Shown here one piece after another: positions 36,735 to 45,834 of a DNA stretch of 64,000 bases. The stretch lies in IMG/VR virus record IMGVR_UViG_3300032293_002041, positions 62,001 through 126,000 of that record; one strand, written 5' to 3'. The notes under the pieces were generated by a model that was not told where the DNA came from, did no database searches, and saw only the letters and a program-made list of their open reading frames with translations. The position numbers were made by a program, and so were the translations under genes. The stretch's first letter is position 1. Every line of letters begins with the position of its first letter.

Positions 36735-38189
36735 ATGATTTTGTGTGATTCAGCAGCAGAAAGAGCTGTTCTTTCCGGTATATGTAATTATGGAGAGGAT
36801 GCTTACTTGGATGTGGCAGATATTGTACAGGATTCTTCTTTTACAATTGACAGCAATTCTATTATTTTTAAGTGCTTAAAAGTTGTCTGCGAAAGAGAAC
36901 AAAAGCCCGATATTGACATAGCTACCATTTTTTCTGTAGCAGAAGAATTGGGATTTGGTCATATTTTAGCAAAAAAAGAAGAAGCCCAGCATTTAAGAGC
37001 AATTATTGATTTTCCTGTTGCTGTAGATAATGTAAGAAAATTTGCAGCTAAAATTAGAAAGCTTGAAATAGCTAGACTATTACGCAAGCAGCTTGAGTTA
37101 GCACAAGAGAAGATATTAGACGTTAATGGAACAGAACCGATAGGTTCGATTCTAGGTATAGCCGAAGAGACCATATTCAATTTTACGTCTCTTCTTAACG
37201 ACTCAGACAACAACCCCGTACCAATTGGCAACGATCTAGATGCATATATACATAATCTAGAACATAATAGGGTTGATCAGGTTGGTATACCCACAGGTTT
37301 TCCTGCTTATGATCATGCAATAGGTGGCGGTCTAAGAAAAGGAACCGTGAATGTTATCGGGGCTAGACCTAAAACTGGCAAAACATTACTATCAGATAAT
37401 ATAGGCAATAATATAGCTAAACTAGGGATTCCAGTTCTTAATATGGATACTGAGATGAATAAAGAAGACCATATCAATAGAATATTAGCTATGATGACAG
37501 AAATTGAAATCAATGCTATAGAGACTGGTAAGTTCGCAGAATCTCCAGATAAAAAGAATAAGCTAATAGCAGCAGCTACAGAACTGAAAAAGACCAAACT
37601 ATTTCATAAAAGTATTGCTGGTCAACCGTTTGAAGATCAGCTTGCAATCATGAGAAGGTGGGTACTAAAAGAAGTTGGTCTTAATGACGATGGCACAGCT
37701 AAGGAATGTGTTATTTTTTATGACTATCTTAAACTAATGGATAGTGCTGGCATGAGTCAGGATCTTAAAGAATATCAGGTATTAGGATTCATGATGACTT
37801 CTTTGCATAATTTTGCTACCAGATATAAGGTGCCTATCGTTGCATTCATACAGTTGAACAGAGATGGCATCACAAAAGAAAGTACAGATTCTGCCAGCGG
37901 ATCTGACCGTATTATATGGCTATGTAGCAACTTTAGTATTTTCAAACGAAAAACTCCAGAAGAGATAGCAGAAGATGGACCAGATAATGGTAATCGTAAA
38001 TTGGTCCCATTAATCAGTAGACACGGAGGAGGTTTGGATGACAATGATTATATTAATTGTCATATGAAGGGTTGGTGTGCGAAAATCACAGAAGGCAAGA
38101 CCAGACTTGAGGTACTTAACAATAAGGGTGGAACATCTGATGGCTTTATCGTCAACAATACAAATGAACAAGAAATCCCGTTCGAATAA
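36735..38189 (+). CDS. dnaB: Replicative DNA helicase
   Basis: AERAVLSG, GIPTGF, GARPKTGKT, DTEM, YDYLKLM, QLNR, SRHG. Confidence 0.92.
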   Translation: MILCDSAAERAVLSGICNYGEDAYLDVADIVQDSSFTIDSNSIIFKCLKVVCEREQKPDIDIATIFSVAEELGFGHILAKKEEAQHLRAIIDFPVAVDNVRKFAAKIRKLEIARLLRKQLELAQEKILDVNGTEPIGSILGIAEETIFNFTSLLNDSDNNPVPIGNDLDAYIHNLEHNRVDQVGIPTGFPAYDHAIGGGLRKGTVNVIGARPKTGKTLLSDNIGNNIAKLGIPVLNMDTEMNKEDHINRILAMMTEIEINAIETGKFAESPDKKNKLIAAATELKKTKLFHKSIAGQPFEDQLAIMRRWVLKEVGLNDDGTAKECVIFYDYLKLMDSAGMSQDLKEYQVLGFMMTSLHNFATRYKVPIVAFIQLNRDGITKESTDSASGSDRIIWLCSNFSIFKRKTPEEIAEDGPDNGNRKLVPLISRHGGGLDDNDYINCHMKGWCAKITEGKTRLEVLNNKGGTSDGFIVNNTNEQEIPFE

Positions 38190-39321
38190 TGATCAGACCA
38201 AACTTAAAATAGTTTGCGATGATATTTGTGACAACATATATCCTCTGCTTGATGCTTTTGGCTTGGAATATAGATCCAATAACAAAATGATTTCTATGTC
38301 TTGCCCAATTCATGGTGGAGACAATATGTCTGCCATTAATCTATATCCAGAAGGAGATAGATACAGAGGAAACTGGAAGTGCAGGACTCATGGGTGCGAA
38401 CAGATATTTAAGTCTTCTGTTATAGGGTTCGTTAGAGGAATACTCTCGCATCAAAAGCATGGATGGGAAGAAGATGGAGATAAAACATGTAGCTTCAATG
38501 ATGCCTTGGAGTTTTGTCTCAAATTTATCAATAAAGACCTAAAGAATATTAAAGTCTCGAAAACGGAAAGAGATAAAAAATCTTTTACCAGTACTGTTAG
38601 CTACTTATCCAGAGATGCTCAGGTATTGGATAAGACAGTTCAACTACCAACAAGAGACCAAGTAAGAAAAAATTTAAAAATGTCTCCAGACTATTATATT
38701 CAAAGGGGCTATTCTATAGAGATATTGGATAAGTACGATGTAGGCTTATGCGATAATGCCACTAAAGAAATGTATAATAGGATTGTGGTACCTATTTATA
38801 ATAATGATTATACTCATATGATTGCGTGTAGCGGAAGAAGCATATCTGATAAGTGTAGTCATTGTTCATCTTATCATAACGCAACTGAAAAATGCCCATC
38901 AGACGAAAAAAAGTGGCTTTATCCAAAATGGAAACACAGCGCTAATTTTAAAAGCCAAAATTCTTTGTACAATTTCTGGTTTGCGAAAGAGCACATTATG
39001 AAAAGCAATCAAGTAATTATTGTTGAGAGCCCCGGTAATGTTTGGAGACTAGAAGAAAACGGCATCCATAACAGTGTGGCTATATTCGGATCGTCTTTGA
39101 GCGATAGACAAAAAATTCTACTTGATTCGTCTGGAGCTATGACTATCGTAATCTTAACAGATAATGATGAAGCTGGCAGAAAAGCGGCTGAACAAATTAA
39201 GTCAAAGTGTCAAAATACCTATCGAGTTTTTATTCCATCAATCAGTAAGCCCGATGTGGGAGAGATGACATCAGAAGAAATTAATACTGAAATAAAACCA
39301 TATCTAGAAAGTATAGTATGA
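38164..39321 (+). CDS. dnaG: DNA primase (CHC2 zinc finger + TOPRIM)
   Basis: CPIHGGDN...WKCRTHGC, RIVVPI, SGR, IVESPGN, DNDEAG. Confidence 0.85.
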   Translation: MNKKSRSNNDQTKLKIVCDDICDNIYPLLDAFGLEYRSNNKMISMSCPIHGGDNMSAINLYPEGDRYRGNWKCRTHGCEQIFKSSVIGFVRGILSHQKHGWEEDGDKTCSFNDALEFCLKFINKDLKNIKVSKTERDKKSFTSTVSYLSRDAQVLDKTVQLPTRDQVRKNLKMSPDYYIQRGYSIEILDKYDVGLCDNATKEMYNRIVVPIYNNDYTHMIACSGRSISDKCSHCSSYHNATEKCPSDEKKWLYPKWKHSANFKSQNSLYNFWFAKEHIMKSNQVIIVESPGNVWRLEENGIHNSVAIFGSSLSDRQKILLDSSGAMTIVILTDNDEAGRKAAEQIKSKCQNTYRVFIPSISKPDVGEMTSEEINTEIKPYLESIV

Positions 39322-39908
39322 GTACAATTATTGCATTTGCTGGAAGAAAGCAGTCTGGAAAAACTACTTGTTCTGAAAATATTTGTGATTACTATAATAC
39401 TAAACATTCTGGTTTATCTAAGGTATATAACTTTGCTGATCCTTTAAAACAGGATATATGCATGAATATACTTGGATTGACTCATGATCAATGCTATGGG
39501 TCAGATATTGATAAGAATACTACAACTCATATAGAGTGGGATGAACAGAAGCTTACTGCAAGAGAAGTTATGCAAATAGTTGGTACTGATATTTTTCGAA
39601 AAATGTATAATGGTGTTTGGGTAAATGCCACAATCTCTAAAATTAATCGAGAACATATGGGTTTGGCTGTTATTGCTGACTGTAGATTTCCAAATGAAGT
39701 AGAAGCAGTTAAGAGTGCTGGAGGGATAGTTATTAAGTTAACTAGAAATCTATATAACTCAAATCATGCAAGCGAAATTGCTCTTGATCCAGAAAACTAT
39801 AGTCCAGATAATTTTGATCTAGTTGTACACAATGAGAAGATTGGTATTCAAGAACAAAACGATCTAATTGTATCATTTTTACAAAAAAGAGGGGTGTTCT
39901 CATTATAA
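39318..39908 (+). CDS. Deoxynucleoside monophosphate kinase (T4 gp1-like)
   Basis: AGRKQSGKTT, FADPLK, REVMQIVGTD, DCRFPNE, HASE. Confidence 0.85.
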   Translation: MSTIIAFAGRKQSGKTTCSENICDYYNTKHSGLSKVYNFADPLKQDICMNILGLTHDQCYGSDIDKNTTTHIEWDEQKLTAREVMQIVGTDIFRKMYNGVWVNATISKINREHMGLAVIADCRFPNEVEAVKSAGGIVIKLTRNLYNSNHASEIALDPENYSPDNFDLVVHNEKIGIQEQNDLIVSFLQKRGVFSL

Positions 39909-40945
39909 TAACATATCTAAGAAGTAGTTCTTATGGCACTCACTCAATGTGTCCACAGCAATATTTTTTTGAATATATTCTTGGCTTAAGATCTCCGTCT
40001 AATAAAAAAGCTGACAAGGGGACTGTGGTGCATAAAGTTCTAGAGATATTGGCATATGTCAAACTTAATCAACAAAATAAAATAAATATTTTTGAAGACG
40101 ATGTTGTTGGTTCTGTGAATATTAATAATTACAGCTTAAATACGATCATAGAAAAAGTATATAAATACTATACCTCAAGATTCACCCACCACGAATGGGA
40201 CATAAAGGATTATAAAGATTGTCACGGATGGGTTTACAAAGCCCTAGAATACAATGGTGGCATGTTTGACCCTAGGAATAGGGACATAGTGCAGCCAGAG
40301 CAGCATTTTGACATAGAGATTAAAAAACCATGGTCTTCTTATAAATACGATACTAAAGATGGATTACTAGAAGGTAATTTAGCTATCAAGGGCACAATAG
40401 ATCTTATCACCAGGATTAATGATAAAACCTTAGAAGTAATAGACTGGAAGACTGGAAGAAGACTAGATTGGGCGACAGGAGAAGAAAAAACCCAAGAAAA
40501 GCTACAAAATGATCCTCAACTAAGAATATATCATTATGCTATACAACATTTATATCCAGAAATTGAGCATGTTATGATCTCTATTGATTTTATTAATGAC
40601 GGTGGGGCATTTACTATTTGTTTTGACAAAAGCGATCTTTTCAAAACAGAAATCATGCTTAAGAATAAATTTGAAACTATTAAGAATACACAAAAACCTC
40701 AACTTAATAAAACCTGGAAATGTACTAAGCTATGTCATTTTGGGAAAACAACATTTGAGAATACTTCCATAGCTCCAATAATAGAATACAGAGATAATCA
40801 GATAACACCAAAAGATAAGTGTATGACTAAGTGCGAGCAAGTAAAGCATGATATAGACACCAAAGGCACAGAAGTCGTGATTGACGAATATCAAACTCCG
40901 GGTTATAGTATTGGACACTACAAGGCACCCGGAAGCACCGCATGA
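39902..40945 (+). CDS. PD-(D/E)XK (Cas4/RecB-like) exonuclease, probable non-canonical start
   Basis: YLRSSSY...CP, GTVVHKVLE, KGTIDL, IDWKTG, QLRIY, C-terminal Cys cluster. The conserved N-terminal motif lies upstream of the first ATG (39947). Confidence 0.8.
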   Translation: MIITYLRSSSYGTHSMCPQQYFFEYILGLRSPSNKKADKGTVVHKVLEILAYVKLNQQNKINIFEDDVVGSVNINNYSLNTIIEKVYKYYTSRFTHHEWDIKDYKDCHGWVYKALEYNGGMFDPRNRDIVQPEQHFDIEIKKPWSSYKYDTKDGLLEGNLAIKGTIDLITRINDKTLEVIDWKTGRRLDWATGEEKTQEKLQNDPQLRIYHYAIQHLYPEIEHVMISIDFINDGGAFTICFDKSDLFKTEIMLKNKFETIKNTQKPQLNKTWKCTKLCHFGKTTFENTSIAPIIEYRDNQITPKDKCMTKCEQVKHDIDTKGTEVVIDEYQTPGYSIGHYKAPGSTA

Positions 40946-42816
40946 AAAATTATACTCCGCTCCATTGTCATTCGATGTATAGCTTATTGGATGGATTGTC
41001 TCAGCCAAAAACAATGGCCGAAAGATGTCAAGAAATTGGAGCATCTTCTTGCGCTCTAACAGATCATGGTAACATAGCCGGAACTGTTAAGTTTTATACT
41101 GAAATGAAAAAGCATGGTATCAAACCCATATTGGGTTGCGAGCTATATATTTGCAACGATAATCCATCAATACAAAGCAAAGAGAATAAAGATCTTAGTC
41201 ATTTTGTAATATTGGCAAAAAACTTTGAAGGATGGAAAAGCTTAATCAGAATAACTTCAGAGTCTAATAGGCCAGACTTCTATTATCACAAGCCGAGACT
41301 CAGCCTATCAACCCTAGCGCAGTTCTGCAACAACAATATTATTGGTTTTTGCGGACATGCTGGTTCAACTATAGCTGACAAGATTATGCTAGGAGAAAGT
41401 CTAAATCCAGATTGGAAAGAAATTGGCATTCAACAAATCGGCCTATATAGAGAGATATTTGGTAGAGACAATTTTTTTCTTGAAGCCCAATTAATGGATT
41501 CAGAAAACTCACCAATTCAGAAGATATTGACCGATGCGATGAGAGAGCTTGCAAAGCATACCTCTACCAAGATTATAGCCACACCAGACGCTCATTATTG
41601 CCGCAAGGAGGACGCAATTGATCAAAGAGTACTGCTGTGCAATAATTTAAAAACAACCTTCCCAGAGATCAGCAGGAAGATCACGAATGATGAGGAAGTT
41701 CCTCTTGGCTGCTTTTTTACATCTGACAACTTTCACATATTATCTCAGGAAGAAATACGATTATTTCACACAGAGGAAGAAATCGAGAACACCAATTTTG
41801 TGGCTAATTTATGTGAAGAATATAATATTTTGGATAAGCCACAATTACCACCATTTCCATGTCCAAACAATCTGGACGATGCTGAGTATCTGAGAGAATT
41901 ATGTAGAAACGGATGGAGAGAGAAAATTGCCAATGATATCCCAAAAGAAGACCATGGTAAGTATGTTGATAGGATTAAATATGAGCTTGATGTTTTACAG
42001 GGAGCTGGGCTATCAAGCTACTTTTTGATTGTGCAAGATATTGTGAATTATGTTAGGTCTAATAATTGGCTCCCAGGACCAGGAAGAGGAAGTGCTGCTG
42101 GTTGCTTAGTCTCTTATTTAATCGGTATTACTAGTATAGACCCGATTAAGTATAATCTTCTTTTCGATAGATTTTACAATGCTGGTCGTAATAGTAAAGA
42201 CCATATCTCAATGCCAGACATTGATGTGGACGTACCAATTAATAAAAGAGAAAATGTTATCGAATATATTAAACAGTGCTACGGAAAAGACAAGGTGTCT
42301 CAAATGATAACATTCAATACGATTAAAGGTAGAGGAGCTATCAAGGATGTCTTAAGAGTATATGGTAATATATCTTTTGATGAGATGAATAAAATTACTA
42401 AAAGTATTCCAGATGAGTCCAAAATTGCCGACGATCTTCAAGAAATGAAAGAAGAAACCGGAGAAGCATCAATTATTAGATGGGCTTTAGAAAATCAGCC
42501 AGATAAGCTTAGGGAGTGGTGTTTTATCGATGAAAAGAACGAATTACAAGGACCACTTGCAAAAAGATTTGAGCAGGCTATAAGATTGGAAGGCACCAAG
42601 TCTAATCAGTCCAAACATGCCGCTGGTATAGCCATTAGTGCCAATCCATTAAATATATCATGCCCAATGGTTTATGATTCAAAAAACGAACAGATGATAG
42701 CTGGCATGGAAATGCAAGATTTAGAATCGTTAGGTATAATTAAGTTTGATATTTTAGGTGTAGCGATGTTAGATAAAATTATGACTATTCGAGACATTTT
42801 AAGAACAGGAGAATAA
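40942..42816 (+). CDS. dnaE: DNA polymerase III alpha, N-terminal part (PHP + palm/thumb)
   Basis: LHCHSMYSLLDG, LTDHG, GPGRGSAAGCLV, MPDIDVD, KHAAG, KFDILG; the ORF stops shortly after. Confidence 0.92.
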   Translation: MKNYTPLHCHSMYSLLDGLSQPKTMAERCQEIGASSCALTDHGNIAGTVKFYTEMKKHGIKPILGCELYICNDNPSIQSKENKDLSHFVILAKNFEGWKSLIRITSESNRPDFYYHKPRLSLSTLAQFCNNNIIGFCGHAGSTIADKIMLGESLNPDWKEIGIQQIGLYREIFGRDNFFLEAQLMDSENSPIQKILTDAMRELAKHTSTKIIATPDAHYCRKEDAIDQRVLLCNNLKTTFPEISRKITNDEEVPLGCFFTSDNFHILSQEEIRLFHTEEEIENTNFVANLCEEYNILDKPQLPPFPCPNNLDDAEYLRELCRNGWREKIANDIPKEDHGKYVDRIKYELDVLQGAGLSSYFLIVQDIVNYVRSNNWLPGPGRGSAAGCLVSYLIGITSIDPIKYNLLFDRFYNAGRNSKDHISMPDIDVDVPINKRENVIEYIKQCYGKDKVSQMITFNTIKGRGAIKDVLRVYGNISFDEMNKITKSIPDESKIADDLQEMKEETGEASIIRWALENQPDKLREWCFIDEKNELQGPLAKRFEQAIRLEGTKSNQSKHAAGIAISANPLNISCPMVYDSKNEQMIAGMEMQDLESLGIIKFDILGVAMLDKIMTIRDILRTGE

Positions 42817-42818
42817 AT

Positions 42819-43016
42819 ATGGCAATTAAAAAATTTATGGAAGTTACTGTTGGTCAGACATTTAAGCTAAAAAACGAACAGGGTGCTGTAAATGATTATG
42901 TAAAACTTACAGAAGAAAGAATAAGTTGTTGTAAGGTTATAAATGCAGCATTACTAGCAGATCAAAATCAGCGGATTCAAGTTTTACCCTTAATAGAAGT
43001 AGAAGTAAACGACTAA
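42819..43016 (+). CDS. Small hypothetical protein
   Basis: AGGAG SD; 65 aa; lies between the dnaE halves. Confidence 0.6.
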   Translation: MAIKKFMEVTVGQTFKLKNEQGAVNDYVKLTEERISCCKVINAALLADQNQRIQVLPLIEVEVND

Positions 43017-43020
43017 ACTA

Positions 43021-43719
43021 ATGATTAACTATAATAAAATTTGCGTTTTCGATTTTGAGACAGATGGTTCTGATCCTCGTGTTTGTAGTCCAGTGCAAAT
43101 AGCATCTGTCATTATTGATCCAATTAAGCTTGAATTAGTTCCAAATTCTGAATTTAATATTTTCTTTAAACCAGATGTATTAGCTAAAGATGAAAATTAT
43201 GAATATACAACAGATATTCTGGACTTTCATGCCAAAGTCAAGGGATGTTCCAAGGACGATATTCTAAAAGAATGGAAAGCTTATCCTTCACAAGAACAAT
43301 CTTGGAAAATGTTTACAAATTATTTAGAAATGTATCATAGTAGGTCTTCTAAAAAGAGTCAATTTAGTGCTCCTATAGCTGCCGGTTATAATATTAATCG
43401 CTTTGACCTACCGATAGTAGATAGACTCAGTAATAAATATGGCAACGTCAACAAGGAATCAAAGAGTGATATCTTTTATCCTAGGGATGTGGTCGATATC
43501 ATGAATCTGATTTTCTATTGGTTTGAAAATAATGGTGACTTAAAAAGTTATAGTCTAGATTCATTAAGAGACTACTTTGGAATCTCTAAAGCAGGAGCAC
43601 ACGACGCATTGAAGGATGTGAAGGACTGTGCCGATATTTTAATTAGATTTCTTAGATTACATCGTAATTTAAGCAATAAGATCAAATTCAAGGACTCTTT
43701 CTCTACTAGCAATGTCTAA
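43021..43719 (+). CDS. DEDDh 3'-5' exonuclease (DnaQ/epsilon-like)
   Basis: FDFETDG, GYNINRFD, AHDALKD. Confidence 0.85.
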   Translation: MINYNKICVFDFETDGSDPRVCSPVQIASVIIDPIKLELVPNSEFNIFFKPDVLAKDENYEYTTDILDFHAKVKGCSKDDILKEWKAYPSQEQSWKMFTNYLEMYHSRSSKKSQFSAPIAAGYNINRFDLPIVDRLSNKYGNVNKESKSDIFYPRDVVDIMNLIFYWFENNGDLKSYSLDSLRDYFGISKAGAHDALKDVKDCADILIRFLRLHRNLSNKIKFKDSFSTSNV

Positions 43720-45340
43720 AAAATTTCAATATTCTTGCGGTTGTTCTTTTGATGTTCTTCCAGACTCTACGGATGAGCATATACATATCAACTTTGATCC
43801 AACGATAGAGCACATTCATTTGGATTGTTCTAAAACTTGGCAGTTGATTTCCGATGGAAATACCAAAGGGTGTTTTCAGCTGGAGTCTAGGTTAGGTAAA
43901 TCAATGGCTAAAAAGTTAAAGCCAGAAAATATAGAGCAGTTATCTGCGTTAATAGCCATTTTGAGGCCTGGGTGCTTGGAGGCAATGAGAGAAGGGAAAA
44001 GCGTTAGCAATCATTATATTGATAAAAAAAATGGTAAGGAGTCTGTAGACTACTATCATCCTGTACTAGAGGAGTCCTTAAAGAATACTTATGGAGAGAT
44101 GATTTATCAAGAGCAAGCTATGGAAATAGCTAGAACTGTTGCCGGTTTCGATCTTCAAGAAGCGGACATGTTAAGAAAAGCTATCGGCAAGAAGAAGCCT
44201 GAAGAAATGGCAAAAATTAAAGTTAAATTCATTAAAGGATGCGAAAAGGTAGGCACGGTATCAGTTGATCAGGCAGAAGAAATATTCGGATGGATCGAAA
44301 AATCTCAAAGATACTCATTCAATAAGTCCCACTCTGTATCATATGCAATAAATGCATACTTATCGGCATTTGCAAAAGCACATTTTCCCAAGATATTTTT
44401 CGCCTCATACCTAAGATTTGCGAAAGATAAGATTGATCCAAAAGCAGAGATTAAAGAGTTAGTACAAAACGCTAGCGAAATGGATGTTTCAGTATCAATA
44501 CCAGATATCAGAAATCTTAATAAACTATTTGTACTAAAGAATGAAAAAATCTATTTTGGTTTAACTGATATTAAAGGCTTTGGACAATCAGTATTTGATA
44601 AACTAATCAATATCAAAAATACTAAGCACTTGGATTTCGAAACGATGAATTGGATAGAAATGTTATTGCAAGTATTAATGAACATAAACTCCATATCTGC
44701 AAAAGCATTGATACAGAGTGGGTCTTTGTCTTATTTAAATAAAAGTAGGGCATGTATGTTATTTGAATTTAATCTAGCTTCTGAACTAACTAAGAAAGAG
44801 GCTGAATTCATACTCATTAATATACAGAAATATAAGTCTTTAGGTGATGGCTTATATGATCTATACCATAATGGTAAATCAAACAAGAATAGAAAATCAA
44901 TAATATTAGGATTAATCAATAACTATAATAAGCCACCCCACTCTTTGGAAGATAATCCAGAATGGATTTCCGACACAGAGGATGAGATACTGGGATGCAG
45001 CATCACCTGTTCTAAAGTAGATATGTATGATATTACTATGACGAACACAACATGTAAAGATTTCAAAACATCATTAATGAGCGATAACCTTATCTTGTGC
45101 GGTGAGATCGATAATCTTAGTGTTACTAAGACTAAGACAGGCAAAAATCCTGGACTAGAAATGTCTTTTGTTACATTGAGCGATGGGACTGGAGTTCTGG
45201 ACTCTGTTATTTTCTTTCCAGAAGCATACAAGGCTTATAGAAATATTTTATTCCAAGGCAATGTTATCATAGTTAAGGGTAGCAGATCAAAGAACGGCGA
45301 TTCGTTTATCGTAGAAAAAACTTATATTCCAAAGACTTGA
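43712..45340 (+). CDS. dnaE: DNA polymerase III alpha, C-terminal part (fingers, HhH, OB)
   Basis: TKGCFQLES, LRPG, TYGEMIYQEQ, ADMLRKAIGKK, YSFNKSH, GLTDIKGFG, MSFVTLSDGTG. Confidence 0.92.
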   Translation: MSKKFQYSCGCSFDVLPDSTDEHIHINFDPTIEHIHLDCSKTWQLISDGNTKGCFQLESRLGKSMAKKLKPENIEQLSALIAILRPGCLEAMREGKSVSNHYIDKKNGKESVDYYHPVLEESLKNTYGEMIYQEQAMEIARTVAGFDLQEADMLRKAIGKKKPEEMAKIKVKFIKGCEKVGTVSVDQAEEIFGWIEKSQRYSFNKSHSVSYAINAYLSAFAKAHFPKIFFASYLRFAKDKIDPKAEIKELVQNASEMDVSVSIPDIRNLNKLFVLKNEKIYFGLTDIKGFGQSVFDKLINIKNTKHLDFETMNWIEMLLQVLMNINSISAKALIQSGSLSYLNKSRACMLFEFNLASELTKKEAEFILINIQKYKSLGDGLYDLYHNGKSNKNRKSIILGLINNYNKPPHSLEDNPEWISDTEDEILGCSITCSKVDMYDITMTNTTCKDFKTSLMSDNLILCGEIDNLSVTKTKTGKNPGLEMSFVTLSDGTGVLDSVIFFPEAYKAYRNILFQGNVIIVKGSRSKNGDSFIVEKTYIPKT

Positions 45341-45364
45341 CGCTCGTCGCGTCATTGCTATAAT
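45337..45364 (+). promoter_or_regulatory. Strong sigma70-type promoter upstream of ssb
   Basis: TTGACG, 16 nt spacer, TATAAT with extended -10 TG; contains the inverted repeat TGACGC-N5-GCGTCA. Confidence 0.7.
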
Positions 45365-45401
45365 AGTTCAGTACATTGGTCTTTTTTTCAAGGAGAAGTT
45401 A

Positions 45402-45773
45402 ATGAATATTAACATTTTACGCGGTAATTTAGCTAGGGATCCGGAAGTTCGTGTTGTCAATACAGCAGGTAAGCAAACATCAGTAGTTAATTTTACTGTT
45501 GCTGTATCTCGTGAATATACCAAGGCCAACGGAGAAAAGGATAAGGTAACAACCTTTGTTCCTTGTGAGGCTTGGGATAGTGGAGCTGAAATTATTGGTC
45601 AGTCTTTTAAAAAGGGTGATCTAGTTTTGGTAGAGGGTTCGCTAAGGAATGATTCTTGGGAGAAGGATGGAGTAAAACATAACTCTCTAAAGGTTCGTGT
45701 GAATAATTTTTCTAAGATTACTAAGCTTTCAAAAAAGAGCAAGGAATCAACTGAGGAAGTCGTTAGCTTTTAA
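45402..45773 (+). CDS. ssb: Single-stranded DNA-binding protein
   Basis: GNLARDPE, NFTVAV, CEAW, KGDLVLVEGSL; short acidic tail ending in F; AAGGAG SD. Confidence 0.92.
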   Translation: MNINILRGNLARDPEVRVVNTAGKQTSVVNFTVAVSREYTKANGEKDKVTTFVPCEAWDSGAEIIGQSFKKGDLVLVEGSLRNDSWEKDGVKHNSLKVRVNNFSKITKLSKKSKESTEEVVSF

Positions 45774-45804
45774 TCTTATTATCAACCACTAGTCATTTCC
45801 GGGA

Positions 45805-45830
45805 GATGGGGGTGAAATATCCCCCGTTTT
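45805..45830 (+). terminator. Intrinsic terminator after ssb
   Basis: GATGGGGG-TGAAATAT-CCCCCGTTTT hairpin plus T tract. Confidence 0.65.
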
Positions 45831-45834
45831 CATT

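Noticed and set aside
39902-40945. CRISPR-Cas locus suggested by the Cas4-like nuclease
   Set aside because: No repeat-spacer array or other cas genes; stand-alone Cas4/RecB-like nucleases are common in phage replication modules.
42819-43719. Self-splicing intron interrupting dnaE
   Set aside because: The interval is fully occupied by tightly coupled ORFs, leaving no room for a structured intron RNA; the inserted enzyme is a DEDDh exonuclease, not a homing endonuclease or maturase.
42750-43860. Split intein joining the DnaE halves
   Set aside because: No Cys/Ser-initiated IntN after the N-half and no HN-C/S/T IntC at the start of the C-half.
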